Part shown: piece by piece, positions 23,782-37,850 of the stretch
Numbering within the stretch: position 1 is the stretch's first letter
Layout: the number at the start of each line of letters is the position of its first letter
Assembly (NCBI RefSeq): GCF_009834535.1
Contig: NC_045697.1
Span: 15,874,001 to 15,938,000, forward strand
Origin: Camelus ferus
Lineage: Eukaryota
Length of the DNA: 64,000 nt
Reading direction: 5' to 3'
Program-made: the position numbers and the translations under genes
The notes under the pieces: generated by a model
What the model saw: only the letters and a program-made list of their open reading frames with translations
Database searches by the model: none
What the model was told of the DNA's origin: nothing

Positions 23782-26700
23782 ACTTAAGGGCTTTGATCTC
23801 CTAATATTAAAAAGACCTCTAAAAACTTCCATGTTATTATTTGTGGTGCATCGTTTGTGTAGAACATAGACTCTCTGTGGATCTGAGAATTGAAAGAGAC
23901 CTAGTTTCTAAGAGACACTTCAGACCAATGTTCTCATTTATGCTGAGCTGTCGTGAGATGGTAGAATCTTTTCAAAAAATGCTTCAGGAAGAGTTTTATG
24001 CAGGTTTCATGTTTTCATAGCACTTCTGAAATGCTCTGTTTGAGAGTGCATTTTGTTTGCCCTTGGGTGTGAGTAGCAACTTGTATGCATCTAAAACTTC
24101 TCTTCCTTTCCTCCCCCTCCTCCCCCTCCTCTTCTTTTTTGAATTAAGAGATTGATCCGTTTTCTTCTGGATGTTACCGTTGTGGAAGTGACATTTGTAA
24201 ACTGATTTGTGTTCTTTTGTGGGTGATTCAGCATCCACATGATGCTTTGAGAGCAGCCCTTTATTCTTTGAGATATGAAACCCAGGATTCCTGTCTCCTC
24301 ATTAATGTAACCTGCCAATAAGCTGCTTGCAACTATAGTTTCAGGTTTTTCTTAAGCTCATAAAAATTTTATGGTATTGTATCTTTAATAATTAGGTCTG
24401 TCTCATCTGTACCATGGCCTCTAACTGATATTCTCATGTTTACAGACTATCAGCGTTTCTGAATCTGTTCTCCATGTCTTTTATTTTTTTCTCTTAGAGT
24501 TAAATTTTCTTGCCCTTCTGTGAGATTTGGGCAGATTTCCAATTGTGTCTCCACCTTACTAATTTGATTTTTAGCAGTGCCTGGTTATCTGATGTCCCGT
24601 GGCGATTTTTGGTTCAGCAATTTATTTCCTCCATGTGTTCTTTTCTGATCTCATGACTACTTACTTTAGTTTCACAGATACAATAAATCCTCATATGTTT
24701 TTGAGACAAAAGGGCAGACTTTTTTAAACACGCATACATTTCTTGCACTAAGTCTCTTTTAGAGTGAAGTGTTTTCTATAGTTTTCAGGAGTAGTTCTAT
24801 TCTTATGAGAGGCAATACCTTTTCAAGAGTCTAACTGTTTTCCTCCTTGTTTAGGTGGAATCCAGCCTTTGGTCTTCCTGCTGGCAGTGTCCGTCTTGCA
24901 GAGGGGGGCCCCATATTGACTTCCTCCCCACACTAACCTGCCCTCTGCTCTTCCTTCAGACTAGAGCCATCTGCCCTCTCTCCAGCAGACAAACCAGAAA
25001 CCATACATTTTTGAGCAAATGGAGCAAATCTTTTATGGTTTCCAGAATTAATGCAGGTTTTACCTATTGTATATTTTGAAATGTTTGTGGAATATGGAAA
25101 TTGGGAGAGTTAGGTGCTTGTGCTCACATCGACAGGTTACATAAAATCATGATAAATCACTGGAAAATAATTTTTTGATCCAGCTTCTGTTTATGTCCTT
25201 AGAATAATGTTCTAGATGGAAAATTACGGAGTCAAAAAGTATGTACTTCAAAAAGTGTTTAAATGTATATTTTCAAATAGATTTCTGGAAATTAATTTTT
25301 TCTTAATACTCATTAGGATACCCGCTTTGCCACATCTTCGCCAATAGTCAGTATTATCTTTAAAACGCACTCATACACACAGCACGCAGTTTGCTAATTT
25401 GAAATGATGTTTACATTTGCATGTGGGTTTCTGTTGTTTTCATTTACATGTATTTAATTTTAGAGAAGATCATGTTTTACTTACTTATTAGTTGTCTGAA
25501 TTTCTTCTGTGAAGTATCTAAGTCCTCTGAACATTCTATTGCTTAGCATGTGTTTTAAGAAAGCAATAGCCATTACAATAAGCTGAATATCATTTCAACG
25601 GGCAGTCCTCAGCATATAGAGATAAGGATGATTTTAAAATACGGGGCAAATTCTTCAGTTTTATTTATATTTTTTAACATTGAGTCCATTCATCGTATTC
25701 TTAGGTGCAGTTTTTCACATTTTTTTTAAAGCTTAAAGTGAGATTTTTAAGATGTAATTATATTAATGGCATCACATGAAGGTGTTCAAAAGAGGATAAA
25801 GTGAAGGAGGGGAGGAGGAGAGCTGCTCCCTCTGGAAAATGACACTCTAGTTCCATGAAGCAGTTTAAAAACCAGAGTTTAGAACTTTTCCTTTCCTATT
25901 TATGCTAATCAAAGTCTTGGGTATCATTTCATTGTAACTTTATTTACCTTCCATGTCAGCAAGTCAAGCGACATACCCCCTAGCTGCCTACTGCTACAGA
26001 GCTGCCTACAGCATGGACGCCCTTCATAAACTCAGTGATGATGATGAAGAAGAACACGCAGCTTGTTACATCCTCATTAAGCCCAAAGTTGTTTTTATGA
26101 TTCCTTAAATCTAGGCCAAATTCCACTTTAATCTCACAGACATAACGCATATCGAAGGCAGACACAAATATATTGCATTATCCTTTTCTAGCTGGGCATG
26201 ATGTGTGTCCTCTCCGGGTGAAAGTATGTTCATATGAGTTTGCTATTGTGATAAATTGAAGGTGTGATATTACAAACCAGGCTTTGCAACAACAAAGACT
26301 ATGAAAATTAAAGTTTCTGTTAACATGCAAGATCCTTTTTTTTTCGGTTGTTATTGAAGTTTTTAGTCAACCATCAAGATGTCTCGGTATCAAAGATGTA
26401 AAAGTTCTGCAGTTTTCTGGAAAATGATAATTTTCCAAACCTCATTTTTATTTCCCTGCCTTATTTTACGACAAGACCTTTATTTCCTTGACGCACATTG
26501 TCCTTTTCCTCATTTACCCTTCTGTGTTCTCTGCTATTCTTTCACCCTTAATGGTCTTTCTATTTCCAAATGGGCAAACTATAAGGCTTGAGACTCAATT
26601 CAGCCTGGCTTGGAATAGCTTTGTATAAATAAGAGAATTGTGTTAGATGCTATTCAATCTTAAGGAATAAAAATGACTTTCACTTCAGTGAAAAGAAGCA

Positions 26701-26889
26701 TCACCATGTTTTAAAATTATAGGCTTTTAGAACTGAGAGGAACCATGGAAATCGTCGAGTCCATCCTTCTTGTTTTGTGGATTAGAAGGGCTCGTGCAAT
26801 CATTCTGTCATAGGGAAACTGCTCCCTGTCCTCGTGGGCCTGCTTCAGGTAGCTTCCCTGTCATTTCCTCAGGTTAAGATGAGCCAGAG

Positions 26890-27130
26890 TTAGACTCAAG
26901 TACAGAAGTTCAGAGGATAAGTTTGAGGTCAGGCAGGTACGGGTTCAAGCCAGTTCTCCATCTTTCTGCTCTTAGGCCTTTGGCAAGTCATCTCAATCTG
27001 CTGAGCTTCAGTTTGCTCATCTAAAAACAGGGCTAATTGTATCAACCACATGAGGCCATTATAAGGATTGAGTTATGTCATATTTGTAGAATGTTTAGTT
27101 CAGTGCCTGGTACAAAGTAAGTGTCGAAGA
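26890..27130 (+). mobile_element. MIR SINE
   Basis: ctgagcttcagtttgctcatctaaaaacagggcta...cagtgcctggtaca. Confidence 0.7.
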
Positions 27131-27239
27131 AAAGGAACTTGCTTTAACTGACATCTGTTTTCTTGTCCATCTCCTCGTTTAGACTGTAGGTTCTCAGGGC
27201 CACTGTGTCTTGTTCATCTCCGCATGCCTGCTATCTTGG

Positions 27240-27309
27240 CACAGCATCTCATTCATTGGTAACTCCCAGCTTCCGATGGCTTCAGCCCAAAATCATGGAG
27301 TCATTTTTG

Positions 27310-27352
<43 letters not shown>

Positions 27353-27712
27353 GGTGCCCTCTCAGCCAATAAATCTGCAAACACCTAGGTTTAAGCCATC
27401 ATCGTCTTTGCCTGGACCAATTAATGGGCCAGGCTCTTAACTAGTTTTTCATTTCTCCGTCTTACAGAAGCCAGAGTTATCCTTTAAAAGGATAAGTCAG
27501 ATCATATAAATATTCTGCTTAGAGCTCTTCAGTGGCTTTCCACATCACACCGAGTAACAGTGCAAATCCTTAACCGATTGACAGGGTCCTACACAGTCCC
27601 CTTCTTACTCAGACTCTTGGACCTCATATCCTGTTACTCCCTCTGCCTCACTCCCCTCCAGCCACATTTTCATTCTTGCTGTTTCTCAACACTCCAGACC
27701 CATGACTTTCCA
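27240..27712 (+). mobile_element. L2 LINE fragment containing a (CT)n microsatellite (~27314-27348)
   Basis: cagaagccagagttatcctttaaaaggataagtcagatcat...cagtggctttccacatcac. Confidence 0.7.
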
Positions 27713-29432
27713 GAGTTAGGATCAGAGTCATATTTTTAAAGCAAGATGGTTGCTAATCCATCCACATATAGTTTGTGCATTACCAGTTACCTCCTACAAC
27801 CGTCATGCATTTTTTAAATGGGTATTTTATACTTGGGCTACTTGCTTTCATATAGGAATAGATGGGGCTTAAAACAAAATTAACATACACAGTTACATTA
27901 GTGACAAAAGTGCAAAACTTAAGAAAAATTACCCTTTAGGAATCTAAGCTGGCCTGGGAAGCCAGTCAGTATAATCACAAGGAAGATGGCAGAAGGCTTG
28001 TGCTGAATTCACAGGAGTTTCGCCCTGACCAGTTCTTTTCTGCTCTAGATTTCATGATCTCTAGCCAACATGTGTTTCACTCCTGTTTTATTGTCTGCAT
28101 TTTCTCTCCCCAGTGTGATACACTATTTGTCCTAATACCCTGTTTGTTTTTTTTTCATTTTGCTAAATTTTTATTTAGTTAGCTCATCCTGCAACATAGG
28201 CAACCCATCACTAGACTGTCCACTTTTCATGACCACTACATAGTTTCTCCTGGGGCAGCCCTGCCTGAATGTGGCTCGAGCCCAGCATAGCTGGCTTAGA
28301 GTGAAAGGCATGAATCTACCAAAACACTAGCCTAGCACAGTTCTTGCAGTCGAGCACTGTGTTTACTGCTCAGTCACCCAACAGCCAGGACAAAAAAGAA
28401 AATACTGTGAGCAGCATTATTTTCTTTACTCAATAGAAGGATGCATGCTAGTTCTTCCAGATAAATAACACTTGACAGCCTGTGAGTTTATCAGTACCTT
28501 ACTGTGTGGTATGTAAGAATTAGAACACACTTGAAGCTGACAGCTTATTGAGATTAATATTTCACTTGATCTGCATTGACATTTTACATGAAATCTTAGG
28601 ATCATGATAGTAAGGAAATGGAGGACATAAGGGAATTATAATTTAGTTACAAACTAGTTAGAGCATTTCACCTTTGAAACGCAATAAAATTTCTACACTG
28701 AGGGCATAGACTGGAATTGGCTATACTTTCAAAATTAATTCACTTAAAAATAACTATGAATGCAAAAGATGTAGAAACATGGCTTTTTGTGGATACGGTG
28801 GTAACTTTGATGGTCTCTGATCTTTGTGCTGCCATGGAAAGAATCTGAGACTTAAACCAAGAATCCTGGGTTCTGTTTTTGCCAAAAATGTGTGACCATA
28901 AACAAGTCATTTGACTTCTTTGAGATTTGTCATTACTTGTGAAATGAGGACTCACCTACGGCTCTTAAATTCTGTATCGTGTTTTGCCTTTTGGCTACTT
29001 TGAATAAGCTGGCCACAAAATTTCAGCCTACAAAACTCTCTCTTATATTTCTAATTAAAGTGGAGGCGAGTCCTTTGCCATGAAGTTGACTTTGTAGTTT
29101 GAAAGGTATGAACAAAAGGAATAAGATCTAGGGAGCCCAGCCAGACAGTTGAGCAAGGCCCTTTAGAGAACAGAATAGCCATACTCTTCAGCTTTGCTTG
29201 TTCAGAAACTTAAGTGTTGTCAGCATTTCCAGAGTGTATCAGTTTCTCATGGAATAGACTCACATGTAACAACTTGTAAGACATGGATATATAAACCAAA
29301 ATGTCAATTTATTAATTTATTACTTGAAATATAAGTGTTAGGGACATGCAATATTTGTGTCAATTAGTCAACACATTCACTTTCTAGAAGACAGCTATAA
29401 GTGAAACATAGGAAAAGTTTAAAAGTGGCTAA

Positions 29433-30114
29433 GCCACTATGGAGGACAATATGGAGATTCCTTAAAAAACTGAAAATAGACTTACTGTATGATCCAGCAA
29501 TCCCATACCTGGGCGTATATCCAGAGAACTCTCTGATTTGAAAAGATTCATGCACCCCAGTGTTCATAGCAGCACTATTTACAATAGCCAGGACATGGAA
29601 GCAATCTAAATGTCCATCAATGGATGACTGGATAAAGAAGTTGTGGTATATTTATACAATGGAATACTACTTAGCCACAAAAAGAATGAAATAATGCCAT
29701 TTGCAGCAATGTGGATGGACCTAGAGATCTATCATACTAAGTGAAGTAAGTCAGACAGAGAAAGACAAATACCACATGATATCATTTATATGTGGAATCT
29801 AAAGAAAAGAAACAAGTTAACTTATTTAAAAACAGAAAGAGTCACAGACATAGAACACAAATTTATGGTTACCAGAGAGGGAAGGTGGGGGATAAGTCAG
29901 GAGTTTGGGGATTATCGTATAGAAACTACTATATATAAAATAGATAAACAACAAGGACCTACTGTATAGCACAAGGAACTACATTCAATATCTTGTAATA
30001 ACCAAAAATGAAAAAGAATATGAAAAAAAATACATACAGATACATGTATAACTAAATCACTATGCTGTACACAAGAAGCAACACTTAAAATCAATCATAT
30101 GTCAATTTTTTAAA
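29433..30114 (+). mobile_element. 5'-truncated L1 (ORF2 end plus 3'UTR) with perfect 12-bp TSD
   Basis: AAAAGTGGCTAA at 29421-29432 and 30115-30126, at a TTT/AAAA endonuclease site. Contains gcaccccagtgttcatagcagcactatttacaatagcca. Confidence 0.92.
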
Positions 30115-32599
30115 AAAAGTGGCTAAATGGTCATTGCCTGGCAAGGACTAATGGCGTCATCACCTTTTCGCCTGACACACCCACCTGTATTGTAATGGTA
30201 TTCCTACATGGGGGCACAAAAAATTGTATTTGGTCCTCAGGGCACTGATACTTGGATATGGTGGATACACATTGACTAATTCTGCTTAATTTTCTATGTT
30301 TTCATCACTGGACTTCTCCTTTCTCTTGCTCCATTCTGTCTTCACTATGGCTTTGGTCAGCCCTTTTCTGAACTGGGGGAACCTGTGTAGATGAAGAGGA
30401 TTTCTGCACTGTCTGCTCTTCCTTTTTTTATACAGTGATGCTTTTGTAACACATTGAGCACTGGGTGTGCCTTTTGTTCCCCCTGTGTGCTGCCCACATT
30501 ATACTGTGTGACTCTCCCTAATGTAAATTTTGGCAGTAACAAAAGGAATTCTCTCCAGGGTCTGCATTCCCACGGTATGAGATATCTCTAGGCTTAAATG
30601 CAAGGGGAGGGAACAGGAAAATTAGATGGAAGTGGGTGGAAGGAAGAATGAGGGGAGTGGGCTGCTCCCAAAGCCAGATAATTTGTCTTTGCTTTGTCCT
30701 TGCTGGGCTCCAGCCCTGGAGGATGAACATTTGGTATTTAGTAACACTTTCAGTAGTATGGGGCTCTCTTTTTGCAGACCTTGACTATTTTCCCCCCTCA
30801 GGGAAAACTGGATTCTCAAGAGTAAAGTGAATTATCTACTTGGCTAATTAGCTAGGACAAAACAAAATTCTCAGGAGGATTATCCCATCTGAGAATTTCT
30901 GTAACGTGGGCTTGTTTTTGCAGAGTCTATCTCTTCTCGTTTGGTAGCCTGCCTGTCCTATAGCTCATGCCTCTCAGAGAAGGCAAAATAGTCGAGTAGG
31001 CAAAATCTCCTCCTCTTTCGCGCACCTTTCTGCCTTCCTGTTCAGCCTCCACAACTCCCGATGTGCACGGCTGACCTACGGTGCTCCGTCTTCACGGTTT
31101 GACCTGCTTCTTGCATTTACTTGCTCTACCAATTTCCTGCCGCAGGAGGTGAAATGTGCCCACTGTCCCAACATCCACATGAACTGACATCTCCTGCACA
31201 CTCTTCTCATTTCCTTGTACCGGGGAGGTGCCATGATTGGCAACAAATGAATATACCAATATCCTGATAAAGTATTAAAAACCTAAAATGGTTTTAGAAC
31301 TTACTTTTTCCTTGTGGACATATGTTACCTCTTCTGACATTGTCTCACGTTTCCTCTGAGCATTTGGTCCCCATTTCAGCCATTTAATTTTGGCAAGAAT
31401 GGCTCCACCCTAGCTTCAGAGGAGAGCTCTAATTAATTCAGGTCAGTAATAGACTCCCATCCTGAGACAGCCTGACTGGTGTATGGAAAGGGATGTCACC
31501 CAAACAGAGATAAAGAGATGCAAGAAGATGTCTGCGGGTGTTTCTGCAAAGATGATTTCTGTCCCTCCCACTGGAGCCATTAAAGGAGACACTTGGTCTT
31601 TCTTTTGTAGTGTGAGAAAAGAACGTCTGAAATTCTGGCCACTGTGTTCCACTCCCAAGAGGAGAGCCTGGAGCTTTGGGGGCACCTTGGGAATCCAGAA
31701 ACTGAAGCAAATATCATGCAAGTCAGAACAGACAGATGGAGAGAACCTGGGTCCTTGGTCAGATCATCTGAGCTGCTGAATCAAACCTTACCTTAAGCCA
31801 GTATGTCTTTAGACTTTTAAATACTTAAGTCTAGATCTTTTATGGTATAGGTCTAGATCTTTGGCAGTCTCAAAAGGAAGAATTCTAGAAGATTCTCTGT
31901 TGCAATTTCAAAATGTTTAGTGGAATATAGCAAAGTCATGACTGAAAAGAATTCATTTTTAATGATGAAATTACATGCATTATAACAAAGTTTATAGCAT
32001 CCCTCAGCTCATAATACGTAGGCCATATATAAGATTAGCCATGACCAAAAGGAGTGAGTCCTATATAGTGTATGTCCATCAGAGCCTATATGCAAGTATG
32101 CACCCAAACTCTACTAATTTGTGCCTTTGAGAAGGCCCTAAACATTACAGCAATCTTACCTTTAAATCCCCGCTAGGTTTAGATTTATTTAATGCCTATA
32201 TTATGCACAGTCAGACAGTTAGCAATAGCATAGGGTGGTGGAGATATAGATTTTGGAGAGTATATTACAATTCTCTTACTTGCTGTGTTACCCAATCTCT
32301 CCTAAAAAGCCGTCCCCACTTAGATATGATGGGAACCATGTTGACTTCACAGAATTGTTTGGCAATTAAATGAAACAGTGTACAAAAGATGTGTACTTGT
32401 GTGGAGGGGTGCAGGCTGGGCCTGACGCATAGCTCTCTCAGAAAGCAGCACTTCCTGTGGTGATCGTTTTGTAATATATACACACATCAAAGCAGTACAT
32501 TGTACATCTGAAAGTTACACAGTGTTACACGTTAATTATATCTCAGTAAAGATGGGAAAAAAATGGCATTTCCTTCTCTCCTCCCCTCTCCCCCCGAAA

Positions 32600-32810
32600 C
32601 AGTAGAGACAGTCTAACTGAGTGATTAAAGGTGTGGGATGAGAGGAATTCTGCCTAGCTTCAGATTCTGGTCTCTCCAGTTAAAAGATCATGGGCGAAGG
32701 CAAGATAATGAAGCCATCTCTTCCTCAGTTTCTTCATCTATAAAATGGGGGTAATAATAGCCCATACTTCATGGGGTTCCTGAGGGGACTGAAGAGGTAA
32801 ATCAGGAGCA
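32600..32810 (+). mobile_element. MIR SINE
   Basis: cctcagtttcttcatctataaaatgggggtaataatag. Confidence 0.7.
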
Positions 32811-33019
32811 GGGGGACCAGAGATGCTGGGAGCAGAGGGTAGCAGGTGGTGGTCAAGGGCTGACTGCAGCACACGTCTCACTGAGCAGGAGTCTTTTGAG
32901 GATTGGCTTGGAGGAGATGAGAGTGGAGACAGCGCAGATGTGGGAGAAGCTCCCAGGCAGAGGGAAGACCCAGGTGAGAACCTCTGAGCTGTGTTTGGCC
33001 TGGCCTGGCCCCCACGCAG

Positions 33020-33316
33020 ATCAAGGTACCAGCAGGTTGGTTTGTGGTGAGGCCTCTCACCTTGGCTCACATAGTTGCCTTCTTGCTGTCCTCACATGGT
33101 CTTTCCTCTGTGCACATGGGGAAGAAAGAGAGAGCTCTCTGGTATCTCTTCCTCCTTTTATAAGTTTAATGAGATTAGGGCCCTATCCTCATGACCCCAT
33201 TTTACCTTAATTACCTCCTTAAAGCCCTATGTCCAAATACAGTCACACTGGAGGTTAAAGCTTTAACATATGAATTGCGGGGGTGGGTAGTGGTGCTTTG
33301 AAATCTAGTCCATAAC
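33020..33316 (-). mobile_element. MLT1A-like MaLR LTR (partial)
   Basis: ccttaattacctccttaaagccctatgtccaaatacagtcacactggaggtta. Confidence 0.7.
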
Positions 33317-33319
33317 TAG

Positions 33320-33741
33320 TATGATGGTTAATTTTATGTGTCAACTTCGCTAGGTTACAGTGGCCAGATGTTTGATAAAACACCAATCCAGATGTTGCCG
33401 TGCAGGTATTTTGTCAGTTATAATAAACATTTAAACCGGGAGACTTTGAGTAAAGCAGATTACCCTCCATAATGTGTGGATGGGCCTCATCCAGTCAGTT
33501 GAAGGAATTAAGAGAAAAGACTGAGGTTTCCCTGAAGAAGAAGCTCTGCCTTCAGATTGCCTTTGGACTTTAGCTGCAGCGTCAGCTATCTTCCTGGGTC
33601 TCTAGCCTGCCCTGCAGACTTAGTACTTCCTAATCCCCACAATCATGTGAACCAGGTCCTTAAAGTCAGTCTCTCTCTACCCCTGCACCCCGGCTACTGC
33701 ATCCTGCTGGTCTGTCTCTCTGGAGTACTCTGACTAACACA
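33320..33741 (+). mobile_element. MLT2-type ERVL solo LTR
   Basis: tgatggttaattttatgtgtcaactt start, gtaaagcagattaccctccataatgtg, and ctctggagtactctgactaacaca end. Confidence 0.82.
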
Positions 33742-34097
33742 GGTGGCAGGGGTGGGATTAGGGGCACAAGTCAGGCAGCTGCTGTAGTGGTTGATCTAGA
33801 CCAGGGTCAAGTGTGGTATCTTTCAACATTATGTTCTTAGAAGTAATTTGTATGATTTCTTATGCATAATTATATTATATCTAGATTTGTATTAAATTAT
33901 CATAGTATGTAATATTATCTGAATATAATTTTTCAAATATGTATATCATATTATGATTTGGGACATTTATATAAGGTATTTTATAAAATTCATACTGTAT
34001 TTTATGAAAGAACTGTATCCCAGCATGAGAAAAACAAAATGGCCTATTTTACCAAGTATGGCATGTACTTTGAGTTTTGTTCCTTCTGGGAGGTCTT

Positions 34098-34265
34098 CTT
34101 TTCTTTTCCTTCTTTCTTTCTTTCTTTTTTTTTGGGGGGGGAGAGGGGGGAGGTAATTAGGTTTGTTTGTTTGTTTGTTTATTTTTAATGGAGGTACTGG
34201 GGATTGAACCTAGTAGGTTGTGCATGCTAAGCATGCACTCTACCACTGAGCTTTATTCTACCCCA
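34098..34265 (-). mobile_element. tRNA-Ala-derived SINE, camelid Vic-1-like, with degenerate 14-bp TSD
   Basis: Reverse complement reads agctcagtggtagagtgcatgcttagcatgcac...ggttcaatccccagtacctccattaaaaat (A and B boxes), then aaac repeats, cctaattacctcccccc and an A-rich tail. ttctgggaggtctt at 34084-34097 versus ttctcggaggtttt at 34266-34279. Confidence 0.85.
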
Positions 34266-35399
34266 TTCTCGGAGGTTTTAAAGGTATTAAAAAATATCGG
34301 TTGTCTATGCTTATAGCTGAAAACTATTCACTGAGCCACTGAAGATCCTTGAGCTGGAGAGTGAAATGAGTCGGACTGTGCTTTGAGTCAACCGTCCTGG
34401 GAGCCACACGCACAGTGGTTTGGAAGGATGAGGCCAAAAGAGGGGGACAGAGTGAGCAGGTTACTCTCAGCAGGGTCCTTAGATTAGTTATTTTACACTT
34501 GTTTAATGCCTTCCTTTGAAGTACTTCCAGTTGAGATTACTTCTACAAATCACATAATGCAAGATAAAATACCGTATATATCTGTCAGTTTTCTCTAAGA
34601 CTGTTTGCTAAGTATTATATGTGCTCAGTTCATGGACTGGGTGTTCAGTTACTGAAAAAATAGAAATCACCCCATTAGTCATGCCTCTGCAAATTTCACG
34701 TTTTGTATTTCAGGTTTTGTAGCGTATGATATTTAAAGCCCTGTTTTCTGCTGGCTATTGTATCACTACAACTGTATGTAGCTCGTGGACATTTTGTGAT
34801 CTCAGATCTAAGGAAAATGATGATGTTCCATTTGTTATCACTTTGAGGGAAGCACAAAAAGACCTTAAAGTGAGAAACACAGCTTAATTAGCACGTTGGT
34901 GATTTATATTACCCAGTGTGAAATCTCCACTGGCACCAAAAGCAGGATCAAAACAAAAGGCATCTTTTGGATTTTTAATTTTTTTTGGTCTTACTCAGAA
35001 TTCACAACCTTATTTCCATGTCTCTAATCAGCAGAACCCACAATGCGACATCATTGTCTCAAAGTTATCACATTTCACAATACCTGGCAAAGGGACACAG
35101 CTGCTTAGTGATTAATCTCTGAGGACTAATGTCCCGGTATTATTTTATGAACAGATTTATACCTTGATTTATATAATGCAAAGGCTTTTAAACATCACGA
35201 TGTTTTAGAACCTGAAGGGACTGCCGGAATCTCCTAATGGTACTTTTACTATATATTGATTGAGAAAATCCTAATAAAAACACGTAGAAAATTATTTTTA
35301 TGCTTTCATATTTTATTTGGCTCATTATCTACATATATTATAAAAAATATTTGTATATCACTAAATTAGGCAGATAAATTATTCAACTTGTAGACTACG

Positions 35400-35930
35400 T
35401 ATATTGGATACACCTCTTTCAGTTACAAAAAACTTGATAGAAATAAGGGAATTTATGTGCTCAAGTAACTGAAAGGTCCAAGGACAGTTCTTCAAATTAA
35501 TTGGAATCAGAGGCTTAAGAGATCTATTTTTCTCCATCTCTTGCCTCTGCTTTTCTGTGGGTTTTTGTCAACTCCCAGAATCTCTTCTTGGGATGGTTGC
35601 TAGCAGATCCGGGCTTACATCCTCTAGGTTCAAGATCAAACGGAAGAGACTGACATCCTCCTGTTTCTCCAGCCAGTGCTTGGCTTAGCTCTGATTAGGC
35701 AACTGGAATCAGGAGTTTATCCTTGGACCAAACTCACTGTGACTTCAGTTTGGGAAAAGATGAATTGAGATAGCTCTTGTGTTCAGACCTGGACTCAGGG
35801 AATGGGGCCAGTCCCATCCAGAGCATCACGACTGAGTATGGACAGTATAATTTCTCCAGAAAAACAGAGGTATTCTTACCAGTGGTTGGTGGGAGGTAGA
35901 TGCAAGGTAGGCAAAGCTAACAGATGCCCA
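35400..35930 (-). mobile_element. Old MaLR LTR (MLT1J/K-like)
   Basis: tttcagttacaaaaaac...aagggaatttatgtgctcaagtaactgaaaggtcca. Confidence 0.55.
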
Positions 35931-37219
35931 TGAGAAGTTCACAAGTGGATTCCACGATACCCTGCAGGATAGGAGGGAGAAGATAGTAGGAGAAACTTCC
36001 TCCAAAGGACTTCAAAGGATTTATAAATCCACAGATTGGGAACATTTCCTTTATTCTAACTCTTTCATGAGGCTATAATCTACATAAAAGAAAGTGACTT
36101 GTCCACAGAATCACAGTTAAAAAGATAGGGGCAGGCTAACACCATTCTAATGCTCTTCCCAAAAAGCTGTCTATTACTTCTTAAGTTAATCTTATATATG
36201 ATTAAAAAATAGTCAATTTTTGAAAGTGATATTTTGCCTAATTTCAAAAATTTGGAAAACCCAAGAACAAGTGAGAATCCAGCTTTGTGAGAGAACTACT
36301 AAAATTTCCTGTGTTGAACTGTTTTGAGTTGAATTTTGTAAAAGAAGAATATATGTAAGCTCTATTTAATCAGTCTCTCATGATGGCGTTTTTTAATGTA
36401 GCACATTTTCACCGGCGTGTTTTCACAACTTAAACTCTATGCATTTGCAAATTCCTCAATGAGACTGCACCAAAATTACATTATTATCACATCAAAGGCA
36501 ACAGTTTTTGGGTCAGAGGCTTTTCAGTCTTCCTTAGAGCCCTGTAGTCTGCTTCCCCTTGCCCACTGGCTTTCACTCTTCTGTGTGGCAAGTTCCTCAA
36601 GAGTTACGTCTTAAGGATGCTCATGGGAGAGCTCTCTTCATTCTTGCCCTACACAGCCTGCTGGCCCAGGAGACCTGGCTCCGTCTTGTTGTCTTCCTGC
36701 CAGCTTCAGCCTCTACTGTGGGCAGGCAGCTCACCACATGAACTCTTCCTGCAGAGTCTCATCATTTAATGAAGTGCTTAAATTCATCTATCTTCTGGCA
36801 TCTGGTTGATTCATAGGAACTTTCTATATATTTGCCATGGAGAACCGTGGGGGGTGGGGTGCCAGCTGTGCCCCAATCCTTGCTTGTCTTGCCTTTGCCA
36901 TCGTGCTCTTGCCCTTAGTCCTGCATCTTCGCAACACTGAACACTGAGGATCCCATTGCTTAGCCCTTCAGGCAAGAAATGATCCCAGGTCCCTGACTTA
37001 GCAGGGTTGGGGAAGGACAATATTACAGAAGGAGATGATGGAGAGGTCCAAGAAGAAAGGATGCTTGCTGCTCTATGAACTGTTATAAGATGACCTATTT
37101 CCCACGCTGATTCTATTCTTATCTAATGGGTTGGACGGAGGTGTTGGTAGTGATTGCCATGGTGGGTGATGAACTGGGATCTTGAATGAAGCAAGCTCTG
37201 TAGGCAAGTGGCTGCTACT

Positions 37220-37850
37220 GATTACCAGTAGCCCGCTAAACTTCTCTGTCCTTGCTTCCTAGTGGTCCATTCTCCACACAACAGCTAAGTTATATAATGT
37301 CACTTCTTTGCTCAAAACACTCTAATGACTTTCCAGCCCACTAGACTTGTATCCAATGTCCTTGCTGTGGCCTCCAAGATCCTACCTCACCTGGTCCCCA
37401 TTCCCCTCTCCCTTCTGCTCTACTGCTTTTCTCTGCTTATTTAAATCTGGCCTGGCCTTCTCGATGTTCCCTGAACATGTCAAAGGTGCTTTCACCTGAG
37501 AGTTGTGCACCTGCTCTCTCCTTAGCCTAGAATGTCCTTATTTCATAGTCTCAGAGTTGCTCCCTTTCTTTTGTAAATCTTGTCCAAATATCATTTTATC
37601 AGTGAGGCTTTCCTTGACCACTCTATATAAACTAGCATCTTTTCACAGTCCCAGCTCTTACCCTGATTTCTTTCTCTTTATATCACCTATCACCACCTGA
37701 TATATACACGTCTCTACTTGCTTACTGACAGCCCTGTCCCAGAGACTTTCTCTGCTTAGTTCATTGCTCTACCCCCGCAGCCAAGGCAGTGATACTTGGT
37801 AGCTCTCAGTAAATATTTGTCGACTTAATAAGTGAGTGCCTGATGAATTA
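37220..37850 (+). mobile_element. L2 LINE 3' portion
   Basis: ccattctccacacaacagc...atgtcacttctttgctcaaaac...ctcagtaaatatttgtcgac. Confidence 0.75.

Noticed and set aside
31829..31863. Direct repeat gtctagatcttt x2 (similar at about 25982-26011)
   Set aside because: Local micro-duplication, not an array.
34190..34262. tRNA-Ala-like gene
   Set aside because: Degenerate, and has a SINE tail and TSD, so it is a SINE head.
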